The notes beneath the pieces were generated by a model. That model was given only the letters and a program-made list of their open reading frames with translations. It was not told the DNA's origin and made no database searches. DNA of 60,582 bases, the filler included, from Porpidia crustulata (taxonomy: Eukaryota): NCBI GenBank assembly GCA_964255105.1. It is 7 parts of 7 records of this genome, joined end to end, with 100 filler letters (N's around TTAATTAATTAA, not from the genome) between each part and the next. Parts side by side here need not be neighbours in the genome. Positions count along the whole stretch, not along the records: positions 26,072 to 34,639 come from CAXUWE010001096.1; positions 34,740 to 43,296 come from CAXUWE010001097.1; 5 more parts are not named here. One strand, written 5' to 3'. Made by a program: the position numbers and the translations under genes. Positions 26,072-36,406 of this stretch are shown in pieces. Position 1 is the stretch's first letter. Each line of letters opens with the position of its first letter.

Positions 26072-26934
26072 GTGGGTGTGAGGAGGTAGGTTGTTATGGG
26101 AGGGTGCTGTGGGGTTGCGTGTTGGTTGATGGATGGCACAAAGGGAGAAGGTGGATGACTTACTTTGGCGAGATCGGCGAAGAGGTAGGCTAGGTAGTCG
26201 AAGGTGGCGGAGGGATTGTAGCGGGCGTCGGCGCCGCGGTTGAAGAGGTCGATGAGTTGGTCCAAGGCGAGGGCGGAGGCCGAGAGTTGGGGCACTTGGG
26301 ATCGCTTGAGGGTGTGGAGGCGGGAGAAGGAGTCGGATTTGGCCAGGTTGGCAAGGAGCATGGAGAATTCATTGGCATTTGATTCTTTCGGGTTCTATGA
26401 AGTGTAGCGTCAGTCCAAATGGTGGTCATTACGGAACTGCTGCAGGACGACGGACATACTGTTATGCGGGTAAGGATCGATTCGAGAAACGCATCGTCTT
26501 CGGCAAGGAGCTTGAGGACTTCGGTATCGGTGGAGGTGTTGATGAGGATTGTCAGAGCATTTTTGGCTATTGCCTAGAATGACGGATCGATCAGCCCGGA
26601 TGCCATTGTCAAAGATGCAGAAATGGACCTTCTACACACAGCGTAGTCCTTGATCAGCAATCTTAGGTCCTTTATAGGCTTCAACTGCCCGGTCTTGAAG
26701 ATTTCGGGTTTGGTCTTTGAGTAGGGAACCAGATTCTCGGTCGCTGCGAATGGAAGGGCTCATTGTCAGTTATGTGTCAACAATGGGGCACGGAGATGGT
26801 ACCAATCTGCCGTATCTGCGTGTTTCCATGGTGCAAGAATTCGACGAGCTGTTACAATAGACGGAGGCTTTAGAATCTATCATAGGCATAGCTTTACGAT
26901 AGTTTGTACGGACCTCTTCTAATTCCGTAGGCAT
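26072..26934 (-). CDS. HGH1: Hgh1 (FAM203/DUF383) eEF2 chaperone, 5' part, truncated at contig end
   Basis: Spliced MPTELEE/LVEFLHHGNTQIRQI..., SMLLANLAKSD, ALDQLIDLFNRG...YN..ATFDYLAYLFADLAK; several short introns. Confidence 0.88.
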
Positions 26935-27351
26935 GATGAGATTATTGGGGAAGCTTAAGGTTGGACTTTGATATGGATGCGCTCCAACCCTAGCCCTAAC
27001 CACAGCAACTGTAACTCCGACACTCGACGTAGAAAAGTCTCTTACACTTTAAGGTGGCTATCCAAAGAACGATTAACTATCTAAGCTCTGATTTTTACAC
27101 TTCAATACTTATTCATAACGATCTTATTGGTCCAGAAGATAGCCATATAGCAACTTCAGCACTGCTATGGACATGATACTAGTCACTGAATAAGCCCAGG
27201 GGTGAAATCTGATACGATTTACATCTTCGCCACAATACAAATATAATTCCTGAGCAATTTTCCCTTACAAATTGCCCAGGTGCAAATGCGACATAGTAGA
27301 AGGGTGAGGCATGGTGCTTGAAACAAACTTCAGTCAATTCCACTTAAGACT

Positions 27352-30300
27352 TCAATCTCGTCTTTTGGGAATCACCCCTGCCTCCCCAACTCTACCAGAC
27401 AAGCCTGGTACCTCCTTACCATTCTTGTAAACAGTCCCGAGATCTCTTTCTATTCCCAATCCAGTAGCCTGCTTACTGGACGACTCAATCTTCCTTGACC
27501 CTTGCCTGGGTACGCTTTCTCTATTGGCCAACTCTTTCTTCCCTGGCTTAGCTTTGTCATTGGCTGTATTGCTGCCAATGCTTGGCTTCAACTTCGAATC
27601 ATGCCTCTCCGGTACCACTTGAGCTTTCCCATTTGTAATATTGTCTAGCTTGCTATCTTTCTTATTTGTACCAGGATTACAGCCGACAACTGGCTTTGGT
27701 GGTGTCTGGCTATCGAACTTGACCTTGGCTTGCCCAGAATTGCCGACCAATTCATCTACCGTTTTCTTGTTGTTACTCACTGCTGTAGTCTCTTTTGCCT
27801 TTCCACGACTTGTACTATCTGTCTCCTTCGTACTTTTGTCTACCGGAGTAGTGTCTCTTCTAGGCATAGGACCAAAAGCTCGATATTGCAGCTTTTCCTT
27901 GCTCTCCCCCTCTGCGAATAGCTCTTCTTTTACCCTTCCATCCCCATACCCTACGCTTTGCGTAATCCTGTGCGCCCTTCGAAATTCGTCACGAATAGCA
28001 ATGATACCATTATGTACAACGGTCCGGGCGACATTATGATCAATCTCAAAAGGATCCTCAATTGCGAACAGATATCTATGCCTAATCTCTTTTGGATGAT
28101 CTCCAGGAACCTTAGACTCAGTAATCACACTTTTTGCCCCAATCCAGCCCTTTTGAGCCTTCGAAAGAAGACCCCCCTCACTCCGAAGTGACAGTACATC
28201 AGTGGACCAGGAGAATCCGACATGAGGCTGCGCGAAATATTGGAAGAATCCACGCAAGAGAGACCCGACGGTGTCGTCGTGGTTTTGGGTGAGCATTCCA
28301 CGTTTGGCAAAGTCCGCTATTTCGTTCTCCGTTTGCCAAAAGCGAACATTATATCCGTCAATCATGATATTGTTCTGTGGAGATTTGTCTTCCACTGCCT
28401 TGCGGGTTATCTGAAGATTTGGAGCTACAGCTGGTTGAATGACATTGACGAGATAATGCAAGACCATCAATACGTAGCCATAAGACGATAGTGTGCCATC
28501 ATACGGGCTATTGATCTTACGGCGTTTAGCCCATGCCTTGACAAATAGTACCATCGGACGGATTCTCGAATCACATATCCCGTAGCATTTAAGTAGGCGA
28601 GTATTGTGCAGCGCTAACGGGTTTGAAAAATTAATGTCACATTGTATACCGACCCCGAGCTTTGGAAATTCGAGATGATGCTCAGGAGGCGCACGGTATC
28701 TTTTCAACACGTCGGTCAGGGTTTGTAGGTTCAGACGAGCTACTTTGAGATTCTGAGTCTCATTGTTGGGACCATCCCTCGCTACTGCTTGCTTGAAATT
28801 CGAAATTTTAGCTCTTTCAGCAAACTCATACCATCCCTCCTTGATTGCTAGGTCATACAGTCGAATGAGTTCTTCATCACTGAAAAGGGACAAGTCCGTC
28901 GCATTTTCCGGCTTTGCACTAGCAGTGGCTTCGACATCTTTAGCTTGTGGCAACTGGGGGGTTTCAACTAGGCCGGGGTCTTGGAGAGTAACATTTGAGG
29001 AGTGATTGGTCTTGAGTTCATCAATGGCGGCGTCGTCCAGGTCATCAATTACAGATGAAGTGTGCTGTAAATCAGTCGTATGCAATGGGGGTATTTGCTG
29101 CATGGCTTGAGGTACATCAGACTGTGTAGAATTCTTTTTAGGCATCACCTGTTTCTCCTTGTTTGGGGCTTGCTTCGTGTCCCCAGTCTTTTTCTCCTGA
29201 ACCTTCTTTTCCCTAGAAGGCTTTGGTGGTGCATCCCTTTCCTTCTCGTACTTGATCCGCTCCTCTAACAGCTTAGCTGCAAGCTCAGGTGTAGGATTTT
29301 GGCAGAACTTGATTATCGGAACCCTTGTTCTTGTAAGTAGTCTAACACCATATCCCAAGTCCAGGAGGGCCTTTTCGAGAAGCCTCGGAATTTTGGACTC
29401 CGGAGACGATGCTTCAGGCTCTGAGAGAGGAGAGGCAAGCGCTAGATCCATATCCGCGGAATGTGTAGCATACCCCGAGGCGAGGCTACCAAAACAACTC
29501 AAAGTAATCGAACTCCCGTCGAATGCAGGTTCTGTTTTGACCTCATGTTCAGCTATAGTCTTCCGACAGATTTCTTGAAGCACTAGCCTGAGAGCTTCTT
29601 TTTCTTGAAGCTCATCTGAAGTAATAGCAGCTTTGGGGATCTCAATTGCAGCTAGCTGGTCCAGGAATTCGGCTTGCACTCGCATCGCCGTTCCCGCTAT
29701 CTGCTGATGATATTGGTTATAGCCTCGAGACCGATAGTTTCCAGGCTCGTAGAGTTGCCGGTTTTGTGGAATTGGCCGGGGATACTGTGAATTCTGGTTT
29801 TGGTTTTGGTTGTTGGAAAGTGAATATTGTACAGGCTCTGCTGGTGGGCCTCTACTAAATTGACTGTTGCGGGGATTTGGCCCAATATTGGACTTTGGCA
29901 TTGCAAGGTTATTGCGGGCATTGGCGTATGGGTATCGCGGCTCCTTTTGCTGTCCGTTTGGAGGTTGCTGGATTCGACTCACTCCTGGATTTGGCTGCGG
30001 TCGTGGATACCCCCGTTGCGGTACATTTGCATTTGACGTCTGCATTGAAGAACCCGATCCCGCATTTGGGCCTACACGCGCCGGTTGCCGGAAGGTTTGG
30101 CTCAGCTGAGCTTGAGTCGGTGTAGGGCTGGCTGAATGTCCTCCAGATTTTGGTAGCTGCCGCTGCATGCCAACGTCCGCGGGGGTCGAGGAGTTTGAGA
30201 GTTGGGCGCCATGAGCCTGGCCACCCATATGCCTTCTCGTGGGTTGGCTAAGTTGGTTGTGACGCGGAGCTGCAAATTGTGTTTCGGCCCTGGATTGGCT

Positions 30301-30495
30301 ATGAGACCTAGCTGGATCTGTTCGCTGCGAAGAGTTCCCATCTGCTTGATGACGATGACCTTGATTGGAATGTTGACCGACGGTGGAATCCGCAATTGGC
30401 GCGCTATTACTAAGGATCATACCTCGTAGATGAGTTTCGAGGTCCATCGCCATTGACGGGCTATCAGTGGCTGTAAGAGGCGGTAGACCATCCAT
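27352..30495 (-). CDS. Cid1/Cid13-family non-canonical poly(A)/poly(U) polymerase
   Basis: Nucleotidyltransferase motif FGSLASGYATHSADMDL, RVPIIKF, IQCDINF, VKAWAKRRKIN, GTLSSYGY and PAP-associated AIEDPFEIDHNVAR. First ATG at 30495. Confidence 0.9.
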   Translation of the reverse strand: MDGLPPLTATDSPSMAMDLETHLRGMILSNSAPIADSTVGQHSNQGHRHQADGNSSQRTDPARSHSQSRAETQFAAPRHNQLSQPTRRHMGGQAHGAQLSNSSTPADVGMQRQLPKSGGHSASPTPTQAQLSQTFRQPARVGPNAGSGSSMQTSNANVPQRGYPRPQPNPGVSRIQQPPNGQQKEPRYPYANARNNLAMPKSNIGPNPRNSQFSRGPPAEPVQYSLSNNQNQNQNSQYPRPIPQNRQLYEPGNYRSRGYNQYHQQIAGTAMRVQAEFLDQLAAIEIPKAAITSDELQEKEALRLVLQEICRKTIAEHEVKTEPAFDGSSITLSCFGSLASGYATHSADMDLALASPLSEPEASSPESKIPRLLEKALLDLGYGVRLLTRTRVPIIKFCQNPTPELAAKLLEERIKYEKERDAPPKPSREKKVQEKKTGDTKQAPNKEKQVMPKKNSTQSDVPQAMQQIPPLHTTDLQHTSSVIDDLDDAAIDELKTNHSSNVTLQDPGLVETPQLPQAKDVEATASAKPENATDLSLFSDEELIRLYDLAIKEGWYEFAERAKISNFKQAVARDGPNNETQNLKVARLNLQTLTDVLKRYRAPPEHHLEFPKLGVGIQCDINFSNPLALHNTRLLKCYGICDSRIRPMVLFVKAWAKRRKINSPYDGTLSSYGYVLMVLHYLVNVIQPAVAPNLQITRKAVEDKSPQNNIMIDGYNVRFWQTENEIADFAKRGMLTQNHDDTVGSLLRGFFQYFAQPHVGFSWSTDVLSLRSEGGLLSKAQKGWIGAKSVITESKVPGDHPKEIRHRYLFAIEDPFEIDHNVARTVVHNGIIAIRDEFRRAHRITQSVGYGDGRVKEELFAEGESKEKLQYRAFGPMPRRDTTPVDKSTKETDSTSRGKAKETTAVSNNKKTVDELVGNSGQAKVKFDSQTPPKPVVGCNPGTNKKDSKLDNITNGKAQVVPERHDSKLKPSIGSNTANDKAKPGKKELANRESVPRQGSRKIESSSKQATGLGIERDLGTVYKNGKEVPGLSGRVGEAGVIPKRRD

Positions 30496-30961
30496 CTTTT
30501 TTTGACGCGGACTGGAGTGGTCAGATAGTATCACTCATTTCTGTACGAATAACTGTTAAAGTCATAATGTCTAGTAAAATAATCGCTGCTTCCTCTTGCT
30601 TCTGCACGAGGTCGAACAGGGAGCTCCCAGAGCTTTGGACGGTCGGCACCAGGTCTATGTGAATGAACTGTCTATCATTGTCATTCAAAGCCTCATAACC
30701 CTAAGATGGCCCTGTGAATGTTAGAAACCCTTAGAAACAAACTCGCATGCAGTGAGTCAATTGATAATGCTCTATTCTCTTGTGATTGGCTCTTTAATGT
30801 TGTAATATACGCGGGACGAGCCGTAGTCCTCAACGCTAGCGTTCTAACGGTATCGAAAATGTCTTCTTACACTCAGGTACCTACGACGACTACCTGCGCT
30901 CTATTTGACCGTGTAAAGGCCAGGGCAGGCGATCTTCGACTGTGCGACTCAATGGTACGTG

Positions 30962-30967
30962 TATAAA
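30962..30967 (+). promoter_or_regulatory. TATA box upstream of candidate telomerase RNA
   Basis: TATAAA about 35 nt before the start of the base-paired region and about 250 nt before the template. Confidence 0.5.
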
Positions 30968-30999
30968 GCGTGGGTAAAAATTGGGAAGCTAGCGATGTA

Positions 31000-32570
31000 C
31001 TACATGTTCAATTCGATTCTCTTCATTAGCGCCATATACCAATATCTGCAGTTTTAGTTCTTCTTTCCATGGGCAAAACCATGTTACCAAGGGATAGGCG
31101 TCTGTACTCCAATAAATTGATCAATTCTGTTCAGATATATGCCTTGATATCGAGGCGAGGATATCACCTTGTCTTAAAGCAACACTAATGATTGTTTTGG
31201 TCAATTTCGAAGACCCTAACCTCTAGAATTCTCTGTCGTCGCTGGTCTTGTTAAGACACGCCTTTTTGAACACAGTTTGTATATTTGAATATCATCTTCA
31301 TATTTACGTAAGATACCGCAGATTCCATCCAGTTCCTTCGGTATCGAGAGTCCTCGCCGTTGCATCGCTGAGCCCTAGATCTCGAATCCTATTGTCTACC
31401 CGCACCCTCGCTTTTGCAGCTCTGGAAGTGCCCCCAGAAAACACTAAGCGGAAGACTATCATCGAATATAGAACTCAACGCCAGCCCATCTCAGCTCTTA
31501 ATATAGGCCGGAGCAAAGGTTCCATGTGCCTCAAGGCTCTCCTGAATCAATCAGGTAGACTGGTCTTGAAATGCGTGACATGCCTCCCAATCAACAAGTG
31601 CCACAGCTACTGTGATCGAGGGCTTCTACAATCCCAGACAGTATATTTGGCCAAAGTCCATGTGTTTGAGCACGTAGGCGTTTAGAGCCAAGTCGATTTC
31701 AAGCTGCGACTTGCTCAACAATCCTAAGATATGCACAATAGGCGCGGCAAGTACGAATGTCGGGACACGCTGGAGGTACACTTAGGTCGAATACAGGGCA
31801 ATTAGATGTTTGCCTCCTTCTAAGCGCATGGAGTGCTTTTTTAATCGGAAAACAGATCTTCACAAATCCTTCTAAGACAGAAGTTCTGAAAAATCGCTTG
31901 AATAGTGACACGTCACTGAAGCTGTGAAATAGGACAAGACGAAGACGGCAAAGTAAGACGATATCTTCGGGGTGTGACAGGGAGTACAGCTCGCTATGCC
32001 TATTACGAATAGCACGCTTAGGTAGAATCAAACAATTAGGACATTAGGGCTGCTCCTACATGTATGTATCTCCACCAAGGCTTAAAGCGTTTTGTAGAGC
32101 CGCTAGATTTGATTTCCCTCAAAGGGGCTGTGTGGACACTGTAGTTATCGAATTCGTTTTCTGCACCAATTCCATTCATACACCAAGGATACGACTAGAC
32201 TGACAACATCTTGACCACTCAGTATCTTACCTCAAACGATTATGATATCACAGAGCAACAGGATGTTGTAGAGCTTATCGATACGGTGTGGGCGTTCTGA
32301 TTTTCAATTCAGACCTCATAGTTATATCCCTTTTCCGATCGCACAGGTGAACGCAATAACAAGACATGATGCTTGATCCTGCCCAGACTGATGATGGTAT
32401 CATCTAATGATCTAAATGTAACACGTACTATTCCATCGATGTGGAGAATCAACAGATGGGTGCCGTACAAGCTATAGTTTGAGTGAGTTGAGACCTTAAA
32501 CTCAGGCACCAAGGCAGCTACGGCTACTCTAGTGTAATCAATGGTATTAAATACATCAAGGGCAAATCTA
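31000..32570 (+). ncRNA. Telomerase RNA (TER/TR) candidate; ends approximate
   Basis: Template ACCCTAACC (31213-31221, 1.5 repeats complementary to TTAGGG). An 11-bp helix 31114-31124/31197-31207 lies just 5' of it. Nested long-range pairing of 31001-31107 with 32286-32420. Three-way junction at 32433-32544. No credible protein ORF in the interval. Confidence 0.8.
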
Positions 32571-32845
32571 CCACCACGCCTGCTCGACAAACAACAAAGA
32601 TGTTTTACTCTTTGTGCAACACAATCTCACTTTTCAATCTCACTTTCCTTACGGCGGCAGCTGCTCAGCTATTGTGAAGAGGTAGCAATGCACCCTATGA
32701 GCCATTGAACCATATTCTTGCACCGAGATTGCGGATCCATTCACAGCGCCCCTCACTACCTATTATCCAGGCTCACGCTACCCACTTGACTTTGGAACCT
32801 TTTTCGATTCAGCATTTCAAGTAGCCTGAACTCCGTACTCAAGCC

Positions 32846-34639
32846 ATGAGTGCTTCTCCAGCCGAACGCACTCCGGGGCGCACTCCCAATGGTGGACCGC
32901 CCCCAGTGATACGCCGCCCCAGGCCCGCAGACCCTATGGTGAGGCCAAAGCCAAGGAACAAACCAGGTGCGCAAATTAAAGCGACTCCAAACGGTCTCAA
33001 TATGACTCATCCGGCTAGTCTTTCAGCCCCAGGCCATGGACGGACCCAAGTCATGCCACAACACCCGGGGAGGCCTCTCGCCCCACAGATTCGACGTCCA
33101 TCGCCCGGCATCGCTGGCTCTGCGGAAGACTCTGTCCGCCAGACTAGCGGCTTCAGCTCCCCGGCCGTAGCGCCTTACACTGATCATCCCCTGGTTACAA
33201 CGAAGCGGGCTTTTCTCGAGGGGTTACGGCATCACGTTATTCGCTTCTCTAGTAAGAAGAATGTTGACCCACGGAATCCGGAAGATTTCACTCCGCCAGT
33301 GCGATTACATCGTCGAGATCCTCGTGCGCCTGGGGGTGGAGGTGGAAGCAAAGAGATTGAATCTAAAGATGGGCTGGCAGAATCAAAGGAGAGGGAACAA
33401 CAAGAGTTGATCAAGGCTCAGAGGGAGGCCGTGCGGGAAGCAGAGATGGCCCAGGTAGCTCCGTCGGTGAATACTGGAGGCCAGAAAAAGCCGAACGCGT
33501 TCAAAAAGAAGACCCGGCAAATCTATCGGAACGACAAAACGGACGAGCAAAAGGCCGAGTCAAAGCTTCGTTATGAGGAAACTTTGCCGTGGTTCCTGGA
33601 AGACTTCGACAATAAGCAGACTTGGCGTGGAGATTACGAAGCCGCATTGTCAGAAACACATGCGATGCTTGTCCACGGACAGGATGGAACTTTCCGCATG
33701 GTCCCGTTAGAGAGATGGTACAAATTTACTCCCAAAAACACGTTCAAGGCCTTGACACTTGATGAGGCAGAAGCCAAGCAAAACAAAAAAACAGTTGAGC
33801 CGAGATGGATTCGACGAGGGGAGTTGGAAAAGAAGCTCAAAGAGCATGAGCAACACAATTCGAAGAGGGCGAAGAAGCTCTTTGTAGGGAAATGGGAGAG
33901 AGAGATTGGGGCTGATAAGGAATCCGCCGTAGTTACGAAGAATGAGCATGTAGATGCGGATGATCTTGATTTTGTAGAGGATCGATTCGCAGATGACGAA
34001 GAGAATGGTCCTTTTGAAATCGAAACTGAGGACACAAAGGAGGCTGAGGAGCGAATTCAACGAGATCAGAAACAGGCAAACATCTTTGATCTCAAGGCGG
34101 AGAAAGAGTACGAGAAAGAGGAGAAGTTGGAGAAAGAGGAGAAGGAAGCGGAAAAGAAGCTCGGCAAAGGTGTCAAGAAGGCATTGATGAAGCGAGAAAA
34201 GAATTATATATATGATTCTGACTCGGATGACAACCCATATACTGAAAAGGTATATCTTCAGAATGAATAGGAAGACTCAGCTGACTAGATATGGTGCAGA
34301 GCGAATCCGAAGACACAGAGACAGAAATGCTGAAAGAGGAAGAGCGCAAAAAGGAAGAGGAGAAGAACAAAGATGAAGAGAAAAAGGCAGGAGCATCGGA
34401 TCGTGAGAAGCCTAAAACGTCAAAGCAGTCTTCCGGAACCTCTACCCCAACCCTCAAGACCAGCAGCAGCAAACCCCCGAATCTCTCCAAGAAACCCTTC
34501 ACCACTAATCTAAAGCGCCTTGGCTCTCCTAACCTCTCCGAAGCAAGTGGCAATGAATCATCCCGCAAAAAGCATAAGAAACAACACGCCCCATCCTCAC
34601 AGCCTTTTACCCTCAAACCACCCTCCCGCCCCATGTCTC
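32846..34639 (+). CDS. TFG1: Transcription initiation factor IIF alpha subunit (Tfg1/RAP74), truncated at contig end
   Basis: PLVTTKRAFLEGLRHHVIRF, FTPPVRLHRRDPR, LRYEETLPWFLEDFDNK, FRMVPLERWYKF; acidic/Lys-rich region; intron about 34250-34299. Confidence 0.92.
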
Positions 34640-34739
34640 NNNNNNNNNNNNNNNNNNNNNNNNNNNNNNNNNNNNNNNNNNNNTTAATTAATTAANNNNN
34701 NNNNNNNNNNNNNNNNNNNNNNNNNNNNNNNNNNNNNNN
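34640..34739. other. Artificial contig linker
   Basis: N44-TTAATTAATTAA-N44. Confidence 0.99.
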
Positions 34740-35322
34740 GGGTAGTAGCAGTTGGCGGAGGCGGAGGAGAGGAATAGGAGGAGGAGGAGGAGGAGGAGGG
34801 AGGAAAGGATTGGTGGAACGTGGCGGTAGAGTAATGGTTTTAGCATTATCGTGAAGGAGGAAATCTGCAGAGGGATGCAGAATAACTTTGTGCGACGTTG
34901 TCGCGTGGGGGTTGTACATCTTGGCTGTGCTTGCGGCTGAATACCACTTTGGGTTCAAGTTTCACCCTACGGATCCTTCGCTTGGTAGAGTGTTGGTGGC
35001 GTCGGGGACGGCGGGTGGGCGGTCTAGCAAGTTGGGCTTGCAGCATTGAAAACGTCAGCTTTGGTTGTAGCATCCACAGTGACTTGATTGCGTTAAAAAG
35101 AAAATGCACTCACGATGTGCTCGTGTTGGAAATCACAATCTAATTGCAAGGATCCCTCGAAGCGAAACAATGCAGGGCTTTTTTGATAGATGATTTCAAG
35201 GATTGCGGCGAGGTTAATACTAAGGTGGTTGAGTTGAGTAGGAGACGCGATGGTTTCGATAGGCGCGGCAAAGCAAAACCCGTGACGGCCGTAAGGCGTT
35301 CACCAATGTGTGTATTACGTTT

Positions 35323-36406
35323 TTACTTCCTCAAACCCCCTGGCTCCCTCATCAACGTCTTGTCCACCATCACCTCCGTTCCTCCAAACTTCCTCGTGTC
35401 GATTGTTGTCGCTCCCACCGGTTCCCATCCATGCCTCAAATACAACGGTAGTCCCTTCGACGAGGCCTCAATGTAAGTTCGCGCGCCGTCTCTGTCGGCC
35501 ATATCGAGGCCCACCTTGATGAGCATGGATCCGAGGCCTTTGCGTTGGTGGGACGGGTGTACGGCGAGGGTGTTGAGGACTGAAGGGTTGATCATTTAGA
35601 CTGAGACCAAACTTGAGATCTCCTATGCGGTGGGACCTAAGGATAGACACATAACAATGCGAGCAGAGGCGTGGACAAACATAGGAGCCACAAAGATCTA
35701 AACTTTTCCTTCTACGATTCTACAATACTTCTAAATCTGCAGTGTAAAGGCAACGTTTCCAAACGCCCATGAGGAAGATCCTGAAATAAGAAACGAGATG
35801 GGAATAAATTCGAGGACTAAAACGCTGATGCGGAGAAAGCTGTCTGCAAGTTCAACACATTGAAATATCTCCACTCACAATACTCCTTTGGTCCAATCCA
35901 CTTGGCCCTTCCCTCCAACAACCGAGTCCAGACCTCGTTGATCAAATCAACATTAGCTCCCTCAGGCTGCTTCGTCTCCCCTTGTTCTCCGGCCTTCTTC
36001 TCCTCCTTGACAATCTCATGTGGCACCTGCCATCTCGCCCATGCTACAATGTTTCTGAGTAGACTATCAGCCATCGTGATTCATCTTCTTTGATCTCCCC
36101 CATTTTGCATGGCTCGAGTTGAGAGAACTTTCGTGATCCGCAAATGAGACTCGCGGGGTCCACGTACCCTTCTTCTGCATCCTTGTCCTCTTCGCTATGA
36201 CGCACAACAAACCATCTTGACCCATCCTTTTCCCGCTGTGACCACGACTCTTCGTACCTTTTGACATCGAACTCCCGTTTGATGTCTGGGGGGGTGTGCG
36301 GGTACAGTAGCGAAATGGCTGGGTGGTCCGCGAAAGCAGCAACGAAGATGTCGCTGAGGGTAGGAAACGCGGAAGGAGAGATCAGGGGATGAATTGTGTA
36401 TGGCAT
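35323..36406 (-). CDS. GNAT-family N-acetyltransferase
   Basis: Three exons. Acetyl-CoA motif LAVHPSHQRKGLGSML, plus YIEASSKGLPLYLRHGW and IVAWARW. Confidence 0.88.

Noticed and set aside
30696..30704. TAACCCTAA as the telomerase template
   Set aside because: It lies upstream of the TATA box, only about 200 bp from the Cid1-like start, and I saw no boundary helix or enclosing duplex around it. 31213-31221 fits far better.
31248..32031. Short ORFs and a stop-interrupted minus-strand frame suggesting a pseudogene
   Set aside because: No recognisable family; extensive nested base-pairing on + explains the region better as ncRNA.
34740..35115. Canonical-looking intron and Pro-rich frame at contig start
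   Set aside because: Possibly the 5' end of a truncated gene, but no product can be assigned.
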